Assembly (NCBI GenBank): GCA_031550755.1
Contig: JAVBOJ010000123.1
Span: forward strand, 1-25,699
DNA length: 25,699 nt
Origin: Oscillospiraceae bacterium
GTDB lineage: Bacteria; Bacillota; Clostridia; Oscillospirales; UBA929
Reading direction: 5' to 3'
The notes under the pieces are model-generated. The model saw only the letters and a list, made by a program, of their open reading frames with translations. It was not told where the DNA came from and did not search any database. Numbering within the stretch: the stretch's first letter is position 1; each line of letters starts with the position of its first letter. The translations under genes and the position numbers were made by a program. This document shows positions 16,701-24,100 of this stretch, one piece after another.

Positions 16701-19080
16701 GCAGGGCGACCCAGTCCACGGCGGTGCCGATGCTGCCGCCGCCCGAGCCGAGATAATACCCCAGCGGCACGCCGGTTTTCTCATCCACGCGGATGGAAAT
16801 GAGCGGGTTGCGGTTGTCGTCGATGAGGCGCACCAGACCGGAATGCAGCACGCCCTCGCGGTATGTATAGTCCATGGTGCCGGGGTACCAGTCGAAGCTG
16901 ACCTTGACCTGATCGCCGATGATGGCGGGGGAGAAGGTCTTGGTGGCGTTGTGCAGGCCGCCGTCGGAGCCGGCGTTGTTGGCAACGAACTTCAGCGCCT
17001 TGGAGCCGTCCTTGTCCACGACCGAGACGGGGGACATGCTGTTGTTGTGCGACACGAAGCCCCAGGTGGAGTCGTCCTCAAAGTCGGAGCTGTACACCGG
17101 GGCGAACACCTGCACCGTGGTGGAGGCGGTCACCTCGCCCACCGTCATCGCAACAACGGCCGTGCCGCTCGCGACGCCGGTGACGACGCCGTCGGCGTCC
17201 ACGGTGGCCACGGTCGGATCGGAGCTGCTCCATTTGATGTTGTGCAGACCGGTGGCGTTGTCCGGGGTGACGGCATAGTCCAGCGTCATGGGGACGCCGA
17301 GCTGAACCGCCGTTGTATCGGCCAGCGAGATATTCGCCGGTACCGAACGCTGCTCGGCGTTCCAATTCATACGCTCATAATCCGCGGCGCGGCGGGCGTC
17401 ATAGCCGGTGCCGAGCTCGTCGTTCTCAATGCCGGAGGGATAGGGATACGCCGTATAGGTCTGCTTGTCGGCGTAGGCTTCGCCCACGGGGCTGGTGATA
17501 TAGTTCGTGAACTTCATCAGCGCCTGCTGCTTGTCGATGCCAAAGGCGTGACCCGCGTCCTTGGCGTAAAAGCCGATTTTGTCGGTGATGCCGAGGAACT
17601 TGTAAGTCTGGCGGCTCACATAGTAGCCAAAGGCCATGGGCTCCGCGCCGCTCCAGTCATCGGTGAAGCCGCCGGTGATGAACAGGCCGCGGGGAGCGCA
17701 CAGGCTCAGCAGGAAGTGGCCGTCAAAGGGCATGCTTGTCATGAAGCCCATGGGCCAGCCGGCGCTGCCGTAAAACTCGCCGCCGCCGATGATGCCGGGC
17801 TCCAGCTCAATGGTGTCCCAGGGGCCCTGCGCCTGGAAGTCGGCCGTGCCGGTCAGCCAGTTGAGGACGGTTTTGTCGGTGCCGTTGGCGGGGCTGCTGG
17901 CACCGCCCGGGCCGTAATCATTCGGGAAGTAGAACTTCCAGACGTCCTCCGTGTCGATGATGTAGGTGGTGTCCTGCTTGAAGAACTGGAAGCGGGAGCT
18001 CAGCCACAGGTCGTTCTGCTCGCGGGTGTGCGCCAGAGACTGCCAGCGGCCGCTGAAGTTCCACTCCCGGACGCCTTCGGTTCCCATCAGGGAGGGGGGC
18101 ACCACAAGGTCGTTTTCCCCCAGAGCGCCGCCGGCGGTGGCCTTGTAGATGTAATAGTTGGGCGACAGGCCCTTGTAAGCCGTGACGAAGCGCTCGATGC
18201 TCGGGCCGCCCGAGCCGGCGTTGCCGGGGCAGACCACGGCGATGCGCTCGTCAAACGCGCCGGCGACGAGGGCGGACTTGCCGCTGCGGGACATGCCGGT
18301 GATAGCCAGCTTGGTCGGGTTAATGACGCCGTTGTGCGCGCCCATTTCCAGCGCGTCGATGATGCGGCTGGCGCCCCAGGCGGTGCACATCAGGCTGGAG
18401 GGTACGTCACGGTTGTCCAGCCACGCCCACAGGTAATTCCCCGGGTAGCCGTGGGTGCCGTAGATCGAGTCGGGGAAGTACAGCTCCTTGATGATGCCGG
18501 CGCCGGTGGTCGAGTTGTTCAGCGCGCTCTCGCTGAGCGAGATGGAGGCATAGCCGGCGTTTGTGTAGTTGACGCTGGTGCTGCCGACCGTGATGACGGC
18601 GGGATAGCCGCCCGGGGGGACCGGGAAGTTCTCCGCGTTGGGCAGCAGCACGTTGACGTTCCACGTGGCCGTGCGACCGTCCACCTCAAAGTTGAGGGTC
18701 ATGTTGTTGCCGTTCATCGTGTAGCCCATGACATCCGGGGCGGCCGGCTTGTAGCCGTACATATAGTACTGGAGCATTTCGCGGATCTCGTCGGCCCGCT
18801 TTGCCCAATCGGCGTCGCGCTCGGCCTGCGTGTCTCCGCCCACGACGGTGCCGTCGAGGAACTCAAAGGGATTGGGCAGATTCCAGGTGGGGTGCTCGTT
18901 CCAGTAGGAGACGGGCTTCAGCCGGTCGCGGATCAAGGGGTTGCTGTTTTCTGTCGAAAAGCTGGGAGCAGCTTCGGCTGTAAACACAGATGTCTCATCT
19001 CCCGCGGCCAGTGCGCCGGTCGGAAGAAGCGCCAGCGCCATTGTCAGCGCCAGCAGGAGGCAGCAGAGTCTCTTTTTCAT
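13762..19080 (-). CDS. Giant secreted multi-domain carbohydrate-active enzyme: signal peptide, CE15-like glucuronoyl esterase domain, Big_2 Ig-like domain, a beta-sandwich (CBM/lectin-like) region, PL11-like rhamnogalacturonan lyase beta-propeller, an Ala-rich helical linker, and a C-terminal Big_2-like module ending ISVTN
   Basis: The start is the internal ATG (MKKRLCCLLLALTMALALLPTGALAAG), 9 nt after AAGGAG. The ORF-track start at 19167 adds 29 aa with no RBS. The product is about 1772 aa. Confidence 0.85.
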   Translation of the reverse strand: MKKRLCCLLLALTMALALLPTGALAAGDETSVFTAEAAPSFSTENSNPLIRDRLKPVSYWNEHPTWNLPNPFEFLDGTVVGGDTQAERDADWAKRADEIREMLQYYMYGYKPAAPDVMGYTMNGNNMTLNFEVDGRTATWNVNVLLPNAENFPVPPGGYPAVITVGSTSVNYTNAGYASISLSESALNNSTTGAGIIKELYFPDSIYGTHGYPGNYLWAWLDNRDVPSSLMCTAWGASRIIDALEMGAHNGVINPTKLAITGMSRSGKSALVAGAFDERIAVVCPGNAGSGGPSIERFVTAYKGLSPNYYIYKATAGGALGENDLVVPPSLMGTEGVREWNFSGRWQSLAHTREQNDLWLSSRFQFFKQDTTYIIDTEDVWKFYFPNDYGPGGASSPANGTDKTVLNWLTGTADFQAQGPWDTIELEPGIIGGGEFYGSAGWPMGFMTSMPFDGHFLLSLCAPRGLFITGGFTDDWSGAEPMAFGYYVSRQTYKFLGITDKIGFYAKDAGHAFGIDKQQALMKFTNYITSPVGEAYADKQTYTAYPYPSGIENDELGTGYDARRAADYERMNWNAEQRSVPANISLADTTAVQLGVPMTLDYAVTPDNATGLHNIKWSSSDPTVATVDADGVVTGVASGTAVVAMTVGEVTASTTVQVFAPVYSSDFEDDSTWGFVSHNNSMSPVSVVDKDGSKALKFVANNAGSDGGLHNATKTFSPAIIGDQVKVSFDWYPGTMDYTYREGVLHSGLVRLIDDNRNPLISIRVDEKTGVPLGYYLGSGGGSIGTAVDWVALPDTFMEKNAWYSITVLVDFAANTIDLTVTDRANPENTVTLAGLSLEGYPHNARIDKLVLQDTRPGGDRLKWNETYLDNISISAVSPYPLAYFMPDDYSFKTVYVGSAPTIADIGLPSSILTRTPFDGESYAQVDPASWTSEPAWDTSKEGMYLFTASLVPDVVNPWNKQTHVWVYNRLTPEHRDSIVRPVENLDRGVVALKATNGIFVSWRLLATEYATDIAFNLYKNDVKLNAAPITTVTNYLDAGGVPGDVYVVETIQGENTTRSRPATAQSENYLSFGLQRPPAGLRGGTYSYPDDLSVADLDGDGRYEIIVKWHPSTWIDSGVNGSLTNQTIFDAYTLEGRLLWRIDIGLNATSGDHYNAMVVYDFDGDGRAEVALKTADGTTAYGVKKSDTAPGGYAIDYTNKLSVIGDESKNTPATSYALNTASERNNSRNRVGHISVDAPEFFTMFDGITGAAIDTVPWLFPTEDPGLWGDLDYNRSDRYLATGAYVTDSDGDPCYAAVMCRGYYERTTLSAFTLKDGKIKLAWAFDSEAAGEENVYVQCRGAHSTSVADVDNDGYDEIIYGAVIFDDDGTVFNTCDGLYGRPNLSHGDALHAGAFIPGVDGIQIMMPHEEWEDRTCNTSLRDAGTGELLVGYSPSTGDVGRGLAANLTPLPGFEIWSSGNNVYNPQGEIVTNNLNPGNNFAIRWDGDLLHELLNGGTVTKTTYNAETKRLSNATILTMSGVTSHGKSVPGIQADVLGDWREEIVIPVSYNTMRIYSTTTPTDYMIYSFMHDGAYRMQTTGQNAAYNQPPHLSFYLGEDVAGDVLAMGLHKPNVAPIVYQVDTAALEALIAEAAPLTTGSFTAETFAALTAAYNAAVALLPDAQEVGQLAVNDAAAALRAAIDGLIKKATIMKIDGGGLRSVKKGKTLTLKTIYDGELPLSWVNLTPTNISIKVNDDFSVTITGLKAGTAMLAVKTTDGSNFTTTITISVTN
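14278..16110 (-). other. PL11 (YesW/YesX-like rhamnogalacturonan lyase)-like domain: an N-terminal beta-sandwich followed by an eight-bladed beta-propeller with Ca-binding DxDGDG blade motifs (approximate boundaries)
   Basis: Motifs are ENLDRGVVALKATNGIFVSWRLL..., DLDGDGRYEIIVKW, VVYDFDGDGRAEVALKTADG, DVDNDGYDEIIYGA and WDGDLLHE. The domain is about 610 aa, matching PL11 length. Boundaries are approximate, good to about 60 nt. Confidence 0.55.
17608..18885 (-). other. CE15 (glucuronoyl esterase)-like alpha/beta-hydrolase domain within the giant CDS (approximate boundaries)
   Basis: The nucleophile motif is G-M-S-R-S-G-K-S-A, where the family consensus is G-C-S-R-x-G. The Ser and downstream His (DAGHAFG) are retained. 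An N-terminal LPNPFEFLDGT...DWAKRADEIREMLQ block is characteristic of bacterial and fungal CE15. Boundaries come from residue counting and are good to about 30 nt. Confidence 0.6.
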
Positions 19081-19292
19081 GCTTTCTTTCTCCTTTTCCA
19101 TAATCCGGGGGGATCCCCTAATTCCCCCGTATGGCTGGAGTATATGGCTGCATTGGTGAAAAGTCAAGAGAAAAGCCAGACATAATTACAAAATTTTATG
19201 AAATCTGCACAAAGCGAAGAAGCGCCAAGGGGAAGGGCAAACAAGCAAAGGGGGTTTCCATAACTGCCAAAATTACGCGGCGGTCAAAAAAG

Positions 19293-19322
19293 TTATGCAC
19301 ATTATCCACAGAGTTGTCCACA
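19293..19322 (+). promoter_or_regulatory. Cluster of three tandem direct DnaA-box-like 9-mers (TTATGCACA, TTATCCACA, TTGTCCACA) in a divergent intergenic region
   Basis: The sequence is ...AGTTATGCACATTATCCACAGAGTTGTCCACAGG.... The middle copy is the exact consensus TTATCCACA and the flanking copies each have one mismatch. All three share one orientation within 30 bp. The cluster lies about 215 bp upstream of the CE15-PL11 gene start and about 235 bp upstream of the TED-like gene. Confidence 0.45.
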
Positions 19323-19557
19323 GGCTCCAACGGCAAAAAGGGCAGGGCGCACACCCGCCCGCAACAAAAATTTTCCATTGGCCCAAAGCCGATTTCTTTT
19401 GTATGAGAAAGCGCCCGCGCCGGTCGACATAATATCGCGGAAGGAACATATGCACGCCGGCTTGCATATACTGGAAATGCCCGGGAATGTCTTTTCAATA
19501 CAGACAACCCGGGCAACCAGTGGTTACCTATACATATCGGAAAGGATGAGTACATAT

Positions 19558-20874
19558 ATGATATTCGAATATATCCGCAAAAAACTAAGTTTCCGTGCAC
19601 CGCGTCTTGAGACCGTCGTGCCCGCCGCACCCGTCGTGCCCGCCGCACCCGTCGTGCCCGCCGCACCCGTCGTGCCCGCCGCATCCGTCGTGCCCGCCGC
19701 ATCCGTCGTGCTCGCCGCACCTGCCGCGCCCGACACCACCTATCAAATCATCAGGCGCATCTTTGGGGGTCATGTATATGACAGCGGTGGCGGATCCCAC
19801 GCCACGGCGATCTACGAGGTAACGGCTTCCGACGGAAGCGAATTTATCGGCCATTGTGTGGACAAGGAGACGCTGATCGATTACAACGAAACCTATCGGC
19901 TGGCCACCGAGCAGCAGATACAAGAGGTTTTCCCCCTGTCGCTCCTCCGGCGCATCCGCTGGATGATCAACCACAATTACCCGCTGATTACCGACCTGCG
20001 CTGGCTGGAGACGGTCTCGGGCGCGTCGGGGCTTACCCCGCAGCAAGCCGTGGAGGCCGTACAGGGCGCTATCTGGGTGCTGACCAACCCGGGCACGTTT
20101 ACCATGGGGCGCGCCGGCAGCGGCAACAGCGACAATGTCGTGCGCATGTACGACTATTTGTACGCGGGGAGCGATCCCGGCTGGGAGCTGTCCGATGTGA
20201 TTGCCTATGGCCAAAGTCTCCGCCTTTGGGTGGATTTGTCCGAGATAAAGCAAGAGAGGATCGGCGACGAATATCGCTACGGCCCGCTGTATTTGCGGTG
20301 CGACAGCCCGTTTGCCGCCGGCGTAAAATTTTCCCTGTATGAACGGGAGAACAAAGTGCCGCTCTACGACGAGTACGGCGTGGTTGTCAGCGAGCTGCCG
20401 GTGGACACCGCCTTTTATTTCAAAGCGTCCTCGCTCGAGCATTTCGGTGAAATTATCATTGTGGCTTGCGGCGAGATGGTTTACGGCGCCGATTTGATTA
20501 TACTGGCCTGCGTAGGAGGCACAAGGGTCTCCCAGACCAACGGCATTATGGAAAAGCTGTCCCGCGAGCTGTCGTGCTGCGAAAGGCTTTGTCTCAACAG
20601 GCTGACCATTCGAAAAAAGGACGACTGCGAAGGCGAAGGGCCTTGGGAGGGCGTCACCTTTGAGCTCTACGACGGGGACGGGGTTTTGCTGGAATCAAAG
20701 ACCACCGACGAAACCGGCGAGGTCAGCTTTAACAGCCTTCTGTCGGGCCGGTACCGGCTGAAAGAAATCCAAGCGCCGCAGGAAGGACAGGAGCCGCCGG
20801 AGCGGTCGTTTGAAATGACGCTGACATGCCTGTGCAAAAAAGACTGCCGGAAAGAAACCGCACCCGGCGAATAA
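19558..20874 (+). CDS. Thioester-domain (TED/TQXA-like) protein with an N-terminal (VVPAAP)n repeat and a C-terminal SpaA/CnaB-type beta-sandwich domain, lacking both a signal peptide and an LPXTG sorting signal
   Basis: A candidate thioester Cys lies in FIGHCVDKE and the partner Gln in ...LTPQQAVEAVQGAIWVLTNPG (fits the Q-x-A-I-W core of TQxA[IV]W). The C-terminal GVTFELYDGDGVLLESKTTDETGEVSFNSLLSGRYRLKEIQAPQEGQ matches the SpaA/CnaB isopeptide-domain pattern. The start is uncertain. ATG at 19558 (MIFEYIRKK) is preferred because GAAAGGA lies 11 nt upstream, but ATG at 19546 and the ORF-track start at 19378 are also in frame. The tail is Cys-rich (CCERLC, TCLCKKDCRKE). Confidence 0.6.
   Translation: MIFEYIRKKLSFRAPRLETVVPAAPVVPAAPVVPAAPVVPAASVVPAASVVLAAPAAPDTTYQIIRRIFGGHVYDSGGGSHATAIYEVTASDGSEFIGHCVDKETLIDYNETYRLATEQQIQEVFPLSLLRRIRWMINHNYPLITDLRWLETVSGASGLTPQQAVEAVQGAIWVLTNPGTFTMGRAGSGNSDNVVRMYDYLYAGSDPGWELSDVIAYGQSLRLWVDLSEIKQERIGDEYRYGPLYLRCDSPFAAGVKFSLYERENKVPLYDEYGVVVSELPVDTAFYFKASSLEHFGEIIIVACGEMVYGADLIILACVGGTRVSQTNGIMEKLSRELSCCERLCLNRLTIRKKDDCEGEGPWEGVTFELYDGDGVLLESKTTDETGEVSFNSLLSGRYRLKEIQAPQEGQEPPERSFEMTLTCLCKKDCRKETAPGE
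19615..19722 (+). repeat. Six tandem copies of an 18-bp unit (GTCGTGCCCGCCGCACCC and variants) encoding (VVPAAP)n near the N-terminus of the TED-like protein
   Basis: The copies are head-to-tail. Copies 1-3 are identical. Copies 4-5 carry a C-to-T change (PAAS). Copy 6 carries two changes. Because the unit is a multiple of 3, copy-number changes stay in frame. The antisense Arg-rich ORF 19196-19720 is an artefact of this repeat. Confidence 0.9.
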
Positions 20875-20904
20875 AAACCGGCCGCGCGAAGGGCGGCCGC
20901 AGCG

Positions 20905-20952
20905 CACAAAAGGGGAACGGAGGGCGACGCGCCGCTCGTTCCCCTTTTGTGC
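20905..20952 (+). terminator. Rho-independent terminator after the TED-like gene
   Basis: A 12-bp stem AAAAGGGGAACG / CGTTCCCCTTTT has a 17-nt GC-rich loop, is followed by GTGCGTCTTG, and is preceded by a second short GC hairpin (20877-20900) right after the TAA stop. Confidence 0.6.
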
Positions 20953-21070
20953 GTCTTGAACAAAAAAGAGGACGCGGATCGAGGAAAACTATAAAAAATG
21001 CAGATAAAGCCACAAAAAGTGCATCTTTTACAAATCTAACAAAAAACATAGCTAAAAAGTGGATGAAATT

Positions 21071-21104
21071 TTGCATTTTGTCCAAGGGTTTTCCGGTGTA
21101 TACT
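21071..21104 (+). promoter_or_regulatory. Putative promoter for the GH59 gene (TTGCAT/TTGTCC ... TG-TATACT)
   Basis: The region 20960-21160 is AT-rich. TATACT at 21099-21104 is preceded by TG. The -35 candidates have non-ideal spacing (15 or 22 nt), so the call is weak. The site is about 60 nt upstream of the RBS GAGGAG and the ATG at 21165. Confidence 0.3.
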
Positions 21105-21164
21105 AACAATAGGCTAAACTTGTCTACCCGCAGATAAATTTTAGAAGGCGAGGAGAAGTAGAAA

Positions 21165-24100
21165 ATGTCTAAGCTGACGCGCATCCTGTCCCTGACTCTG
21201 GGAGTCATTATGTTGCTGGGTCTGGTCATTGTGGCCCCCATCAACGCTGTCGCTCTTGAGGGCGAAACCAAGACCGTGATCATCGACGCCACCCAGCTGG
21301 ATGAAAATCCGGCCAACCGCTTTAAGGGCTACGGCGCCCTGACCTGCAACAACACCAGCCGCCTCCTGCTCGACTACAAGGAAGAGAACCCCGAAGCTTA
21401 CTGGGATCTGATGGACATGCTGTTCAACCCCGATAAGGGCGCCGGCATGACCCATGTCAAGATCGAAATGGGCAACGACTCCAACACCTCGTCCGGCACC
21501 GAGCCTGCCACCATGCGCTCCTCCACCGAAAAAGCCAACGTCCGCCGCGGCGCCGGCTTCACGCTGGCCGCCGACGCCAAGAAAATCAACCCCAAAGTGG
21601 AAGTCAGCGTTCTGCGCTGGGCTCCGCCCCGCTGGGTGCAGACCAACAACAGCACCGTGTCCAGCAGCAACTATGAAAACTTCTACAAATGGTACAAAGA
21701 GACCGCCATCTCCTTCTACGAAGAGTTTGGCCTGTACCTCGACTACATCAACCCCGACCGCAACGAGACCGGCAGCCCCGACACCGCGTTTGTGATCTGG
21801 TTTGCCGAGAGAGTCAAAGCCGATGATACCTTCCCCAACTATGACAAGGTCAAAATCATCGCCTCCGACGAAAACACCTCGATGAACATCGCCAACAGCA
21901 TGGTCGGCAGCAACACCACCGGCCAGAAGTTGCGCGCCCTGGTTGACGTGATGGGCTACCACTATCAAATGGCCTCCTCCGCCAACTATGTCACCTCCAA
22001 CCAGACCTATAACAAGGAAATCTGGTACTCCGAGGGCGTCGCGCCCCAGACCCCGGCCAGATATTCCGTCAACTCCAGCGTGCCCTTCGGCGGCGTGACC
22101 AGCGCACTGGGCATCGCCAACCGTTACATCGGCATGTACACCCACGGCTACCGCACCTTCTACATATTCCAGCCCGCCGTGTCCGCCATGTATTCCGGCG
22201 CCAAGTACTCCCACAAAGAGATTCTGGCCGCCAACAACCCCTGGTCCGGCTATTACGCGCCCGACCTCGGCATCTGGGCCGTCATGCATTTCACCCAGTT
22301 TGCCGGCATTGACCAGAGCCGTACCGCCCGTTCCGGCGAAGGCTGGTACATCTCCACGGCCAGCGATTGCTACGGCAACGTGGCCAACCACGGCGTCATC
22401 ACCAGCGGCCAGGTCGGCGACAGCACCGTGGACGCCTCCGTGGCCAACGGCGAATACAACCGTATGATCTATGTCAGCCCCGACAAGAAGGATTTCTCGG
22501 TTGTCATGGTCAACGACTCCAACCGCGTCGCCAACTTTGAGTTCAAGGTGCGGGGCAACATCACAAACGCCGGCGCGCCCGCCCAGCTGTGGGAAACCCG
22601 CGGACCCGACGCCGGTCAGGAATATGACGCCAACTGGTACAAGATGATCGCCACCGTGCCCGCCGAGGACAATGGCGGCGGCAGCTTCTCCTACTTCATC
22701 ACCGTCAAGCCGCGCTCCATGGCCTCTCTGACCACCACGACCGTCAACCCCAACACCGGCAACGCCCGCGTCGAGTACTCCCGTCCCATCGTGCCGGAAA
22801 ACTTCACGCTGGATATGTCCACCGAAGAGAATCCCGGCCTGCTGTATGAGGACGATTTCGAGTATGCCGGCTATCCGCTGGATGACGAAGGCCTGACCTA
22901 TCTCGAGCGCCGCGGCGGCACCCCGCGTTACACCACCGATCAGGCCGGCGCGTTTGAAGTGCTCCCCGGCGTCGGCGTGGAAGGCTCCAACGGCCTCCAG
23001 CAGATGATCTACGGCGGCACCAACACCATCGTGCCCCCGACCTGGACCTCCACCGGCTGGTGCTATACCCTGCTGGGCGACGGCAACTGGCTCAACTACA
23101 AGGCCGCCATCGACTTTAAGCTCGACATGAACGAAGCGCACGGCACCTCCACCAACTATGCCCAGATCGGCGTGCGCCACAACCGTTCCGAGACCGAGAG
23201 CCAAGGCAGCGGCAACTCCTCCTTCGGGTACAAATTCCGCGTTTACAAAGCCGGCGACTGGTATCTGTACAACCGCAATTCTATGGTTCTGCAGGGTAAC
23301 GTTGCTGACTTTGATCCCAACGTCTGGCACAACATCGCCCTGACCGCGGTTGAGAACAAATTTGTCGCCGAGCTCGACGGCGTTGTCATCACGACCTATA
23401 CCGACACCAACAACCCCTCCAACGTCGGCCAGATCATGCTTGCCTCCGGCCAGTATGAGACCGTGTTTGACAACCTCAAGGTCACCAAGGTGAGCGGCTA
23501 CGAAGCTTACGCCACCGAGCGTCTGGACGATCTGGATTCCCGCATTGTCTACGAAAACCAGAGCACTTGGAACCACCTCACCGGTCAGGGCGGCGACCGC
23601 TATAACCGCACCCTGTCCACCGGCACCAAGCTCGCGGCCGGCCGCATTACGGTCAACAAAGGCGTCCAGGGCGCGCAGGGCGAAGTCAACAAATGGTTCT
23701 TCGGCGGCGAAGGCGCTTGGGGCTCCTACACCGACCACTGGAATTCCACCAACGGCGCCATTGCGGAGTTCACCTTCCAGGGCACCGGCGTTGAGATTCA
23801 GGGCAACCGCGGCACCGACAAGATGACCGCCTCCGAGTATGAGGTCTATATTGACGGTGTACAGGTGCTCAACGGTCAGAACGGCGTTGTTCTGCGCAGC
23901 CTCAACGGATCTTCCAGCAACAACTACACCTTCGCGACCGTTCCCAACCTGCCCGACGCTGTCCATACCATCTCGATCAAGCTGGTCAAAGGCGGCTCGT
24001 CCACCAACGGCATGTCCATCACCAACGCGCTTGTGGACAGCACCGTTGTCGGCCCGACCCCCGCTTTCAGCTTTGACTTCTCCGGCACCGGCATTGACCT

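Noticed and set aside
16843-19185. 780-aa + strand ORF
   Set aside because: It is antisense to the CE15-PL11 gene and Gly/Ala/Val/Arg-rich low complexity.
19131-19406. 91-aa Lys-rich ORF in the divergent intergenic region
   Set aside because: It is an A-rich non-coding region with no RBS, no conservation signal, and an atypical codon composition for this GC-rich genome.
19185-19560. Possible replication origin because of the DnaA boxes
   Set aside because: Only three boxes are present. There is no adjacent dnaA, dnaN or rpmH, and no pronounced AT-rich unwinding element. A regulatory or titration cluster is more likely.
19196-19720. 174-aa ORF beginning MRRARRMRRARR...
   Set aside because: It is the reverse-complement reading of the (VVPAAP)n 18-bp repeat and extends into non-coding DNA with no RBS.
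19615-19722. Possible CRISPR array
   Set aside because: The repeats are directly adjacent with no spacers, are only 18 bp long, and are in-frame coding sequence.
20729-21316. 195-aa minus-strand ORF spanning the TED terminator, the intergenic promoter region and the start of GH59
   Set aside because: It crosses a terminator and an AT-rich promoter region and overlaps two supported genes. It has no RBS.
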